Below, one piece after another: positions 9,000 through 17,433 of a stretch of 64,000 bases of DNA. The stretch's first letter is position 1, and every line of letters starts with the position of its first letter. The DNA is from an uncultured Alphaproteobacteria bacterium (lineage in GTDB: Bacteria; Pseudomonadota; Alphaproteobacteria; Micavibrionales; UBA1664), in assembly GCA_943789475.1 (NCBI GenBank), contig CALSUG010000008.1:183053-247052 (forward strand), read 5' to 3'. Both the position numbers and the translations under genes were made by a program. The notes under the pieces were generated by a model. The model was not told the origin of the DNA. It saw only the letters and a program-made list of their open reading frames with translations, and did no database searches.

Positions 9000-10070
9000 T
9001 CACATTACATAATCTTTATTGTTTTTACAATACCATTCTATCATATTGTCATTATTATCAAATAATCCTATTTGACCACCAGAATGAATTAAAATTATTG
9101 TACTATTTTTTCTAATTTTTTCTTTTTCAATTAAATACTTCATACCTATAAAAGTTTTCACCATGTAATTAATATCAAAAATTAATCCGTATTTATTAAT
9201 CGCATATTGCATTGTTTCTAGCTCTTCCTTGGAAGGAGTATCGTAAGCTATACCTAATCCGCAATCATAAAAATTTATACTTTTTTTAAGTTTGCTATCT
9301 AATTTTAGCATTTTATATGTGTCATCTTTTAGTTTGGTGGCTTTACATGATAATTTATCGGCATTCTCCCCTATGCAAATACCATGTACTTCAAGATCGA
9401 AATCCAAAAATTCGGCAGCCATCTGTATTCCAACGGCCGTACCTCCTGAACCAGCGGCGCAAACAACATCATATTTTTTTGAATTGTTATTTTGTAATTG
9501 TGAAATAATTTCGAAACCTAATTCTATACTTCCAAGCATGCCAAGACCAGCAGACCCACCAGATTCTATGATATAAGGACTATGACCGTTATTTTTTTCA
9601 TCATCAAATATTTTTGATAGGTTTTCCGATAGTTTTATCCATGATGAATGTTCGAACCAAGAAATCTTAGGATTATACAAAGTAGTTAGTAAATAATTCC
9701 CTTGAGCCATTTTGGGTTTAGCCTGCTTGTCTCCCCCGTAAATTAAGTGACAATTCAACCCATTTTCACAAGCGACCTTAGCAACCGCCTTACATTGGTT
9801 AGAAGGCAAGCTTCCAACACTAATAAGTGTATCAGATTTCTTTTTTTTAACATCTTGAAGTATATAGTGAAGTTTTCTTAATTTATTCCCACAACCAAAA
9901 TCATCTATTGAATCTTCTCTTTTTATTAAAATTTCACGCCCCAGATTATTAGTCATATTTATATTTTTTTCTAATTTAACAGGGCCTAAAGAAGAGCACA
10001 CCATCTTAGTATCCAAGTTGGTGGTTATTTTTTTTATAGCACTTTCAACACTTTTGATAATAGACCGCAT
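9000..10070 (-). CDS. fold-type-II PLP enzyme, ACC deaminase / D-cysteine desulfhydrase family
   Basis: GCGNKLRKL (PLP-lysine motif of this family), SNQCKAVA and glycine-rich AAGSGGTAVG. Confidence 0.65.
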   Translation of the reverse strand: MRSIIKSVESAIKKITTNLDTKMVCSSLGPVKLEKNINMTNNLGREILIKREDSIDDFGCGNKLRKLHYILQDVKKKKSDTLISVGSLPSNQCKAVAKVACENGLNCHLIYGGDKQAKPKMAQGNYLLTTLYNPKISWFEHSSWIKLSENLSKIFDDEKNNGHSPYIIESGGSAGLGMLGSIELGFEIISQLQNNNSKKYDVVCAAGSGGTAVGIQMAAEFLDFDLEVHGICIGENADKLSCKATKLKDDTYKMLKLDSKLKKSINFYDCGLGIAYDTPSKEELETMQYAINKYGLIFDINYMVKTFIGMKYLIEKEKIRKNSTIILIHSGGQIGLFDNNDNMIEWYCKNNKDYVM

Positions 10071-10858
10071 TACTTTTCTACCACTAATGAATAAAGATAT
10101 GGATAATTATTTGAACTTGAAGAATACAATCCATCTTTCTCCATATCCATGCAATCGGATAATTTATAAGGAGAATATGGGTACTCCTGCATATCAATCA
10201 GTTTAAATCCGCTGGAAATGAGTGCGTTTATCACATCGCTGATGTTATTTTGCCACCTGTATTCAAAGTATTTAATTTTAGCTTCAGAATCAGTATAAGT
10301 ACCTTCAGTCCACTCTGCCAAAGGCTCTCCATTAGAGAAATAATTTTTATGCCCACTGACTTTACCGTTGAGGATGATGTCTAGGAATGGATGGAATTCC
10401 ACTAGGTAGAAACGACCGCCCTTTTTCAAGGAAGAATATATACCATCAGCCCATATTTTAAGGTCATATAACCAGCAAAGAACGCCATATGAACTTAGAA
10501 CTACATCGAAATCATTACTAAAGTATTTTTTAATATTGTGAACATCATCCTCTATAAATTTAACATCAACTCCAATGTCTTTGCTAATTTCTATAGCATT
10601 TTCTATCGCTTTAGAGGATATATCTACACCAGTGCACATTGCTCCCATTCTAGCTAATGTCATTGTATCTAAACCAAAATGGCACTGTAAATGTAGTAGT
10701 GATTTTCCATTTATATCACCCAGTAATTTTAACTCTGGCTGATGTAGAGTGTTTTCTCCATTTTTGAAGTCAGGTACATTGTAGAATTTTGAATCGATAT
10801 GAACTTCGGTACGAACATTCCATCCAGATTTGTTTTTTTCTATATAATCTTTTTTCAT
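10070..10858 (-). CDS. class I SAM-dependent methyltransferase
   Basis: LLHLQCHFGLDTMTLARMGAMCTGVDIS (motif I region). The stop overlaps the next gene's start by 1 nt. Confidence 0.7.
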   Translation of the reverse strand: MKKDYIEKNKSGWNVRTEVHIDSKFYNVPDFKNGENTLHQPELKLLGDINGKSLLHLQCHFGLDTMTLARMGAMCTGVDISSKAIENAIEISKDIGVDVKFIEDDVHNIKKYFSNDFDVVLSSYGVLCWLYDLKIWADGIYSSLKKGGRFYLVEFHPFLDIILNGKVSGHKNYFSNGEPLAEWTEGTYTDSEAKIKYFEYRWQNNISDVINALISSGFKLIDMQEYPYSPYKLSDCMDMEKDGLYSSSSNNYPYLYSLVVEK

Positions 10859-10862
10859 TACT

Positions 10863-12569
10863 TTATTTCTTTGTAGGGTGTTTGACTAAAAAATGTCCCA
10901 TGACTAAATAATCTACACCCGAAGTGTAAAAAGAAGCCATTGCATCATAAGGACTCTCATCTATTGGTTTGCCTCTGACATTCAATGATGTATTAATCAA
11001 AATAGGCAACCCGCTTAAATTGTAAAACTCATTCAGCAACTCATGTAAAAATGGGTCATGCTCTTTATAAACAACTTGAGACCTTGCTGTACCATCCGCA
11101 TGTGTAATAGCTGGAATTAATTCGCGCTTATCTTTCTTTACGTTTACAGTAAACATCATAAAGCGATTTTTTTCTCCATCAAAATACTCATGGAAATATT
11201 CGTCTAACACTAATGGAGCAAGAGGTCGAAACTGTTCCCTAACTTTAAGTTCATTTAATTTATATTTGGTTCTTTCTGACTGTGGAGACGCTAATAAACT
11301 TCTATTACCCAAAGCGCGTGGTCCGAATTCCATTCTTCCTCTATAATGAGCCACAATATTTTCTTTATTTAACAATTCAGCAATCCGCTGTGCAGGGTTC
11401 AGCATTACTTCAAAATCAACACCGCTTTGTTCAAGGTATTTCTTTATTTCATCATTAGTATATTCTGTCCCAAGAAGCATGCCATCGTATTTGATTTTAT
11501 CTACTGCATCGTGATTATTGTTACTGTAATAAGATAGAGCAGCAGAGCCAATCGCTGTACCTGCATCATGAGATGCAGGTTGCACAAAAACACTATTAAC
11601 TTCGGGTAACTTTGCAATTTGTGAGTTAACTAAGATGTTTAAAAAGGTACCTCCTGCTAAACATACATCAGACACTTTTGTAGTTTTTATTGCGCTTTTA
11701 ATAAGGTTAATCACAGCTTCTTCAAGTCTTACTTGGGTTGACTTAGCTATATCTTTATGGATTTGCTGAAGTGGCTCTTCTTTTTTACGTTTTTCACCTA
11801 AAATGGTAGTTAATGATTTGAGTAGCTTTATATTCACTTCATAAGATCCATCCTCATTGATTTGCAGTAGTTGCTTCATTTCATCTTGGAATTTATTTTC
11901 TCCATATGCCGCAAGGCCCATTACCTTATATTCGTCTGAAAATGGTTCGAATCCTAAATGTTCTGTAATAAAAGAATAGAAGAACCCTAATGAATGGGGA
12001 AGATTTATCTGTCTAAGTTTTTTTAGATTTTTTTCTCGTCCTAAATAAACAGATGAGCATGCTCTTTCACCACTTCCATCAATTACGAAAACTAGCGCTT
12101 CCTTTGCCTCTGAAAAATAGAAAGCTGAAGCAGCATGTGAAATATGATGGTCCCATTCTTTGATTTTTATTGTACTGAAATCACTGGGTTCCATAAGATC
12201 TCTATATCTTCTAGGAATTTCATATCCATTTTTAAGCGCTGGTAGAAAATTACAAGCCGTGTTAAATGCTTGAAGTTCTTCTTGCAATGAAGACAGACGT
12301 TCGCCCGTAAAGCAGCCAATAAGGCTTTTTAAATGATTCCATTTATTATAGGACAATGCTATTTCATCAATATCAGAAGATTTTAAGTTGCACGATTTTA
12401 AAGCTGAATAAATCGCATCGATAGGTAAATAAGTTTTATAAGGAGTATAGCTTTTGCCATGCTTTATACGTGTCAATCTTTCATCTTCCATAGCAAATAT
12501 TAACTCGCCGTCTTTTATTATTGCTACCGCTGGATGCTCAAAATAGTAATTTATTCCTAATATTATCAT
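10863..12569 (-). CDS. carbamoyltransferase (NodU/CmcH/TobZ family)
   Basis: 568 aa. N-terminus ILGINYYFEHPAVAIIKDGELIFAMEDERLTRIKH and the overall length are typical of this family. Confidence 0.8.
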   Translation of the reverse strand: MIILGINYYFEHPAVAIIKDGELIFAMEDERLTRIKHGKSYTPYKTYLPIDAIYSALKSCNLKSSDIDEIALSYNKWNHLKSLIGCFTGERLSSLQEELQAFNTACNFLPALKNGYEIPRRYRDLMEPSDFSTIKIKEWDHHISHAASAFYFSEAKEALVFVIDGSGERACSSVYLGREKNLKKLRQINLPHSLGFFYSFITEHLGFEPFSDEYKVMGLAAYGENKFQDEMKQLLQINEDGSYEVNIKLLKSLTTILGEKRKKEEPLQQIHKDIAKSTQVRLEEAVINLIKSAIKTTKVSDVCLAGGTFLNILVNSQIAKLPEVNSVFVQPASHDAGTAIGSAALSYYSNNNHDAVDKIKYDGMLLGTEYTNDEIKKYLEQSGVDFEVMLNPAQRIAELLNKENIVAHYRGRMEFGPRALGNRSLLASPQSERTKYKLNELKVREQFRPLAPLVLDEYFHEYFDGEKNRFMMFTVNVKKDKRELIPAITHADGTARSQVVYKEHDPFLHELLNEFYNLSGLPILINTSLNVRGKPIDESPYDAMASFYTSGVDYLVMGHFLVKHPTKK

Positions 12570-12638
12570 TCTATCTCCTGATTACTTAACTTTAATCAAT
12601 ACTCGCATATATTGCTGAGAAAAAATACTCAAAAAAGC

Positions 12639-12668
12639 TTGACATTTTTTCCATAATAGTGTTATTTT
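12639..12668 (+). promoter_or_regulatory. putative sigma70-type promoter of the serS2 operon
   Basis: TTGACA at 12639-12644. An 18-nt spacer ends in TG (extended -10), then TATTTT at 12663-12668. RBS GGAG at 12693-12696. Confidence 0.3.
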
Positions 12669-12704
12669 ATTTCAAGAAAAAATAAACGCTACGGAGATAA
12701 CCCG

Positions 12705-14030
12705 ATGATAGATATAAAAAAATTAGCAAACAACGCCAACCTAATCCAAGAAATGCGTGAAAATATTGCCGCACGAGGTGTTGAGGCCGATGTAGATGAA
12801 ACTCTTTTAGCCTATGAAAAAATGCTAACCTCTCAAAGAGAGCTTGAAGTTATGCGAGCTGCATCCAATCAAAATGCCAAGAACACAAAAAATGTCAGTC
12901 AAGAAAATCGTCCGCAAATAATATCAAAAGGTAAGGAATTAAAAAGAAAAATTGCGAAACTAGTTGAAGAAGAAACTACTTTAAAAGATATCTTTGAGAA
13001 AGCAGCTTTGAAGCTGCCAAATTGGATGTCACCTGATGTTTCAATTGGAAACGATGATGAAGATAATAAAATTATTCGTCGCTTTTCGTCGCCAACAAAA
13101 TTTGATTTCGAACCTAAAGATCACCTGGAACTGGGAAAGTCATTAGATTTATTAGATTTTGAATCTGGCGCAAAGGTTGCAGGCTCTAAATTTTATTTCC
13201 TTAAAAATGAAGCTGTGCTATTACAACATGCAATAAAATCATACGCTTTCCGCAAGGCAATTGAAAAAGGGTTTACACCTCTACACACACCAGATGTAGC
13301 TAGAAATTCTGTAATGGAGGGGATCGGCTTTGCTCCAAGAGGAAATGAAAGCAACACATATACATTAGAAGGTGAAGATCTGAGTCTGGTAGCAACTTCT
13401 GAAATTGCAGTAGGAGGAATGCATTCAAATGATGTTTTTGACATTGAAGATTTACCATTACTATACGTGGCAGAAAGCCATTGTTTTAGACGTGAAGCAG
13501 GAACTGCAGGCAGAGCAAGTAAAGGATTATATAGAGTTCATCAATTTGAAAAAATAGAATTATTTGCATTTTCAACACCAAGCCAAAGCGAAAAAGTATT
13601 GGAAAACATACGAGCTTTAGAGGAAGAAATATATCAAGATTTGGGATTACCTTATCAACTAGTTTTAAACTGCTCTGGAGACTTAGGTAATCCAGCTTAT
13701 AAGAAATACGATATAGAAGCGTGGATGCCTGGAAAAGATGAAAACGGAGGATACGGAGAGGTTACATCAGCAAGTAACTGCTTAAGTTATCAATCCCGCC
13801 GTTTAAATGTACGCTATAAAAATCCCGAGACTGGTCGTAATGAACACGTACATACACTTAATGGAACTGCTGTAGCTTTAAGTAGAACGCCTGTAGCAAT
13901 AATGGAAAACTATCAAACTAAGGAAGGTGGAATTAGAATCCCTGAAGTCTTGGTTCCTTACACTGGATTTGAAGAGATCAAACCTCGTCAATCGAAAAAA
14001 TACAAGCTAAAACTATCTTCACCTAGGTAA
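12705..14030 (+). CDS. serS: seryl-tRNA synthetase, paralog 2 (more canonical)
   Basis: 441 aa with an N-terminal coiled-coil arm. Motif 2 is CFRREAGTAGRASKGLYRVHQFEKIE; motif 3 is HTLNGTAVALSRTPVAIMENYQ. Confidence 0.9.
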   Translation: MIDIKKLANNANLIQEMRENIAARGVEADVDETLLAYEKMLTSQRELEVMRAASNQNAKNTKNVSQENRPQIISKGKELKRKIAKLVEEETTLKDIFEKAALKLPNWMSPDVSIGNDDEDNKIIRRFSSPTKFDFEPKDHLELGKSLDLLDFESGAKVAGSKFYFLKNEAVLLQHAIKSYAFRKAIEKGFTPLHTPDVARNSVMEGIGFAPRGNESNTYTLEGEDLSLVATSEIAVGGMHSNDVFDIEDLPLLYVAESHCFRREAGTAGRASKGLYRVHQFEKIELFAFSTPSQSEKVLENIRALEEEIYQDLGLPYQLVLNCSGDLGNPAYKKYDIEAWMPGKDENGGYGEVTSASNCLSYQSRRLNVRYKNPETGRNEHVHTLNGTAVALSRTPVAIMENYQTKEGGIRIPEVLVPYTGFEEIKPRQSKKYKLKLSSPR

Positions 14031-14080
14031 ATTACATGTTAAGATATAAATATTAGTAATATTATTAAGGAATGTAAATA

Positions 14081-15376
14081 TTGTTGGATATTGATCATAT
14101 TTTAGACAAAGTAATAGAACATCACAATTCTTCTGTTAACCAAATAAACTTAACACCAAGTGAAAATACGCTTTCACCTTTATCGAGATTGCCATTCGTT
14201 TTAGATGCATATTCAAGGTATTTCCTTGATGATTTAAGGTTATTCGGTGACTGGTCCTTCCCCAGTGGAAAAGATCTTGGAGATATTGAGCAAAATATGC
14301 TGCAACCAACTCTAAAAGATCTTGGAAAAGCAAAATATATTAACGTTAGACCAATTTCTGGCATAAATTGCATGACTATTGCCTTAGCTGCGTTTTCAGA
14401 ACCGGGTGATACCCTGTATTCAATTCCAATGTCTGCTGGCGGCCATCCTAGCACGATTAATGTTGCTGAGGGCTTAGGATTAAAAGTAAAAGATGTCCCA
14501 TTTTTTAACGCATTTGAAATTGATTTAACTAAATTAGAGAATAAGCTAGTTGAAGATAACCCGTCAATTCTATACATTGATCAAGCAACCTTTCTTTATC
14601 CCATAGATCCAAGACCAATAAGAAATATTATAGATAGACATGAATTAAAAACAATAATTCACTATGATTCCAGCCATTTGAATGGCTTTATTTTTGGAGG
14701 AGCTACCGAAAACCCTTTAGAAGCTGGAGCGCATTGCTATGGTGGGTCTACGCATAAAACTTTCCCAGGTCCTCATAAAGGCTTTTTAGCAACAAATGAT
14801 CAAGAGTTGAATGCACTAATTTTAGAGAAATCAGATCACTTTGTAAGTCACCATCATATGGCTAGCGTTGTATCGCTTGCTATATCATTATTAGAGTTTA
14901 AGAATAACGACGGTACAAAATACATAGAACAAGTTGTTGCAAACACAAAATATTTTTGCGAGCTCATAGACAAAAATAAGAAATATGTGATTTTAAATCA
15001 TAATAATAAAAATACAGAAACGCACCAGATCTGGCTTACTACTAAAAATCCAAAAAAAGCTCGAGAGGTGGAAAGAAAACTTAGATACGTAGGCATAATA
15101 TTGAATTGTTTCCCAGGTCTCCCTGGTTTTAATCATACATCTTACAGGTTGTCTGTTGCAGAATTTACTAGATTTGGCGCGAATAAAGACTCCATTAAAG
15201 AACTAGTGAAATGCTTTGATATGATTCTTGATACTGACGTCAATTTAGATTTAGTCAAAAATAAAGTATCTAAATTAAGAAACGAAAATAGTAAAATTCA
15301 ATATTGCCATAATTATAATGAATCAAAAAAAACCAGTTTAAAAGAACTGATAAATAATATATTTGATAATGAATGA
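14081..15376 (+). CDS. serine hydroxymethyltransferase-like PLP enzyme (divergent)
   Basis: LTPSENTLSP (cf. SHMT SEN motif) and GGSTHKTFPGPHKG (cf. SHMT PLP-lysine motif THKTLRGPRGG). TTG start. Confidence 0.65.
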   Translation: MLDIDHILDKVIEHHNSSVNQINLTPSENTLSPLSRLPFVLDAYSRYFLDDLRLFGDWSFPSGKDLGDIEQNMLQPTLKDLGKAKYINVRPISGINCMTIALAAFSEPGDTLYSIPMSAGGHPSTINVAEGLGLKVKDVPFFNAFEIDLTKLENKLVEDNPSILYIDQATFLYPIDPRPIRNIIDRHELKTIIHYDSSHLNGFIFGGATENPLEAGAHCYGGSTHKTFPGPHKGFLATNDQELNALILEKSDHFVSHHHMASVVSLAISLLEFKNNDGTKYIEQVVANTKYFCELIDKNKKYVILNHNNKNTETHQIWLTTKNPKKAREVERKLRYVGIILNCFPGLPGFNHTSYRLSVAEFTRFGANKDSIKELVKCFDMILDTDVNLDLVKNKVSKLRNENSKIQYCHNYNESKKTSLKELINNIFDNE

Positions 15377-16689
15377 TGTCTTCGCCGTTAATGCCAAGTA
15401 CCCTAAATGAATTATTGAAACATGATTTTATTTTAGCAAAAAAGATATACCCTCATCTGAACTCTCCCCTTAAAAAATATTTAAAGTATATATTTCCTAA
15501 ACCTCTAAAATCCAAAAATAGTAGCTTTGACCTATTAGTTAGAGCAATGGAACAATTCTCACAGCGTCATCATTTGGAGCCAGTGAGTAATTTTTCAAAA
15601 TTATTAATAAATACACCATGTATACAACAGGCAGATCACTCTAATCTATTATTAGACAGGGAAACATTTTATAATAATTTGCTACATGCTGAGAGTGCTA
15701 GATTAAACAATTGTGATTATATTTTCACATCTCAATGCTCAATTGTTAGCTGTATAACTCGCCGTTCACCAATATTTGGACCAACTATACTAAATTATAA
15801 TGATGATGTTTACAAAGTTTTTGATGACTCCAATAGAACTCTAAAAGATTCTAACTTTTGTACTCTCAGTAGCTCAAGAAAATTCGAAATATCTTCTCTA
15901 TATAATCCAGAGAAATCTAAGGATTTTTTTTTACAACATATTGATGGTCTTTCCTTTGCAACAGCAGAACAAGCCTACCTATACGCTAATGAACATATTT
16001 GGAATAATATTAAATATACCAAGGGAATTAAAAGAATATCCTTTGATGAGACACTAATTTCAGAGCTCGCGATATTACATTTACGAGATATTCATAGCCC
16101 ATTTTATAAGCTTATAATGGACAAAGATATTCGTGATAATTTTATTAAGACTAAAAGATCTTATGTAGCATCAAAAAGCAATAAATCGATTAATTCCTCG
16201 TATCCAGATTTTTTTTGGCTTAGAAAAAAAAATAAATTACGCGCTTTAAAGTTGGACTTAAACACGTCTAAATTTAAGATTTTCCAAACTAATGAAGATG
16301 GCATAAGTATTAATTCCGTTGATGATATAATTAAACTTTTAGAAGAAAAAGTAATTTATCTTGATCGAATGATGGCGTACTTTCTACGATGTCTTTTACC
16401 AAATATTGTTGCCATTGGAGGAACAAGCCAGCAAGATTATTTAAACTCATATCAAGAAATCTTTCAGCTCGCTAATGAAAAGACTAGTTTTTTGAATGAT
16501 AATTACAAAAAAAGTATTCAAAATAAGGATCTTAGTCAATTTGGCGGCGCCCCATTAATCGAGGGAAAAGATATTTATTTAAATAACATTCAATTAGTAG
16601 ATTTTGAGCAGCAAATTAAAGAAAGCCTAAATAAAAACCTATTGGAAACAATAGGGTCCTTTGATTGCGCGAACTACTTATTATCATGA
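15373..16689 (+). CDS. hypothetical protein (438 aa), no recognisable domain
   Basis: Long ORF; ATGA overlap with the SHMT-like stop (translational coupling). Confidence 0.5.
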   Translation: MMSSPLMPSTLNELLKHDFILAKKIYPHLNSPLKKYLKYIFPKPLKSKNSSFDLLVRAMEQFSQRHHLEPVSNFSKLLINTPCIQQADHSNLLLDRETFYNNLLHAESARLNNCDYIFTSQCSIVSCITRRSPIFGPTILNYNDDVYKVFDDSNRTLKDSNFCTLSSSRKFEISSLYNPEKSKDFFLQHIDGLSFATAEQAYLYANEHIWNNIKYTKGIKRISFDETLISELAILHLRDIHSPFYKLIMDKDIRDNFIKTKRSYVASKSNKSINSSYPDFFWLRKKNKLRALKLDLNTSKFKIFQTNEDGISINSVDDIIKLLEEKVIYLDRMMAYFLRCLLPNIVAIGGTSQQDYLNSYQEIFQLANEKTSFLNDNYKKSIQNKDLSQFGGAPLIEGKDIYLNNIQLVDFEQQIKESLNKNLLETIGSFDCANYLLS

Positions 16690-17121
16690 GTTTTCCAACA
16701 TCTTTTTACATTGCTGATTAAGTATTTGTTCGATAAAAAACACATCAAAAGCTTTGGTGATTGGAATAATATGCTTGATGATTCTCTTTCGGGACTGTTC
16801 ATTCGCAACTTTATTAACGGCATTCATCGCCTTTATACCTTCAACTGTCATATTAAATTGTGGTGCTTTATAACCTTGATAGAAGAACTCGACTGACACG
16901 CTGAAATGCTCTGCAAAATCATAAAGTGTTGATGCCGCAACACGATTTTTGCCTTTTTCGTATTTTGTTAATTGCTGATAGGAAATTCCGATTTTCTCTG
17001 CAAGGTCTTCGAGATTCATTTTATGGGAATGCCGCAGTAATAAAATGCGATTACCGATATGTTGATCGAGAACAGTGTTCCTTTTGCGTGATTTGTATTG
17101 TTTAGATTGTTTTTCTGACAT
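16684..17121 (-). CDS. XRE-family helix-turn-helix transcriptional regulator
   Basis: HTH segment MNLEDLAEKIGISYQQLTKYEKGKNRV. Confidence 0.75.
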   Translation of the reverse strand: MSEKQSKQYKSRKRNTVLDQHIGNRILLLRHSHKMNLEDLAEKIGISYQQLTKYEKGKNRVAASTLYDFAEHFSVSVEFFYQGYKAPQFNMTVEGIKAMNAVNKVANEQSRKRIIKHIIPITKAFDVFFIEQILNQQCKKMLENS

Positions 17122-17147
17122 GATCTTACCTTTACGAAATGATAAAA

Positions 17148-17199
17148 GGTGAGTTCGTAAAGGTTGCTATGTGGGGAAGAAGCGCCTGACGAACTCACC
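17148..17199 (-). promoter_or_regulatory. terminator/attenuator-like hairpin in the leader of the XRE gene
   Basis: 11-bp perfect stem: GGTGAGTTCGT (17148-17158) pairs with ACGAACTCACC (17189-17199). On the minus strand it is followed by TTTTAT and then the RBS and ATG (17119-17121). Confidence 0.4.
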
Positions 17200-17206
17200 A
17201 GTTGAT

Positions 17207-17237
17207 CGGCCATTTACTGACGTTGTGATTAACCGAA
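17207..17237 (-). repeat. conserved ~30-nt element, copy A
   Basis: The minus strand reads TTCGGTTAATCACAACGTCAGTAAATGGCCG; compare copies at 19240 and 20341. Confidence 0.6.
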
Positions 17238-17433
17238 TGGCATGCTTTTGCCTTGCCTTAATAGCACAATGGCTTCGTCTGGCGTTCAATTGCAAGTCAA
17301 TTATGAGTTGTGTGTGCATTATTCTTATCTCGTGTTCATATTCATGAATTTTATCACTTGAGATAAGATTTTTTTGATTTTAAGCTATGCGATAATCTTG
17401 GAATAACTATAAGATTTTAAAACTGTATAGCCC

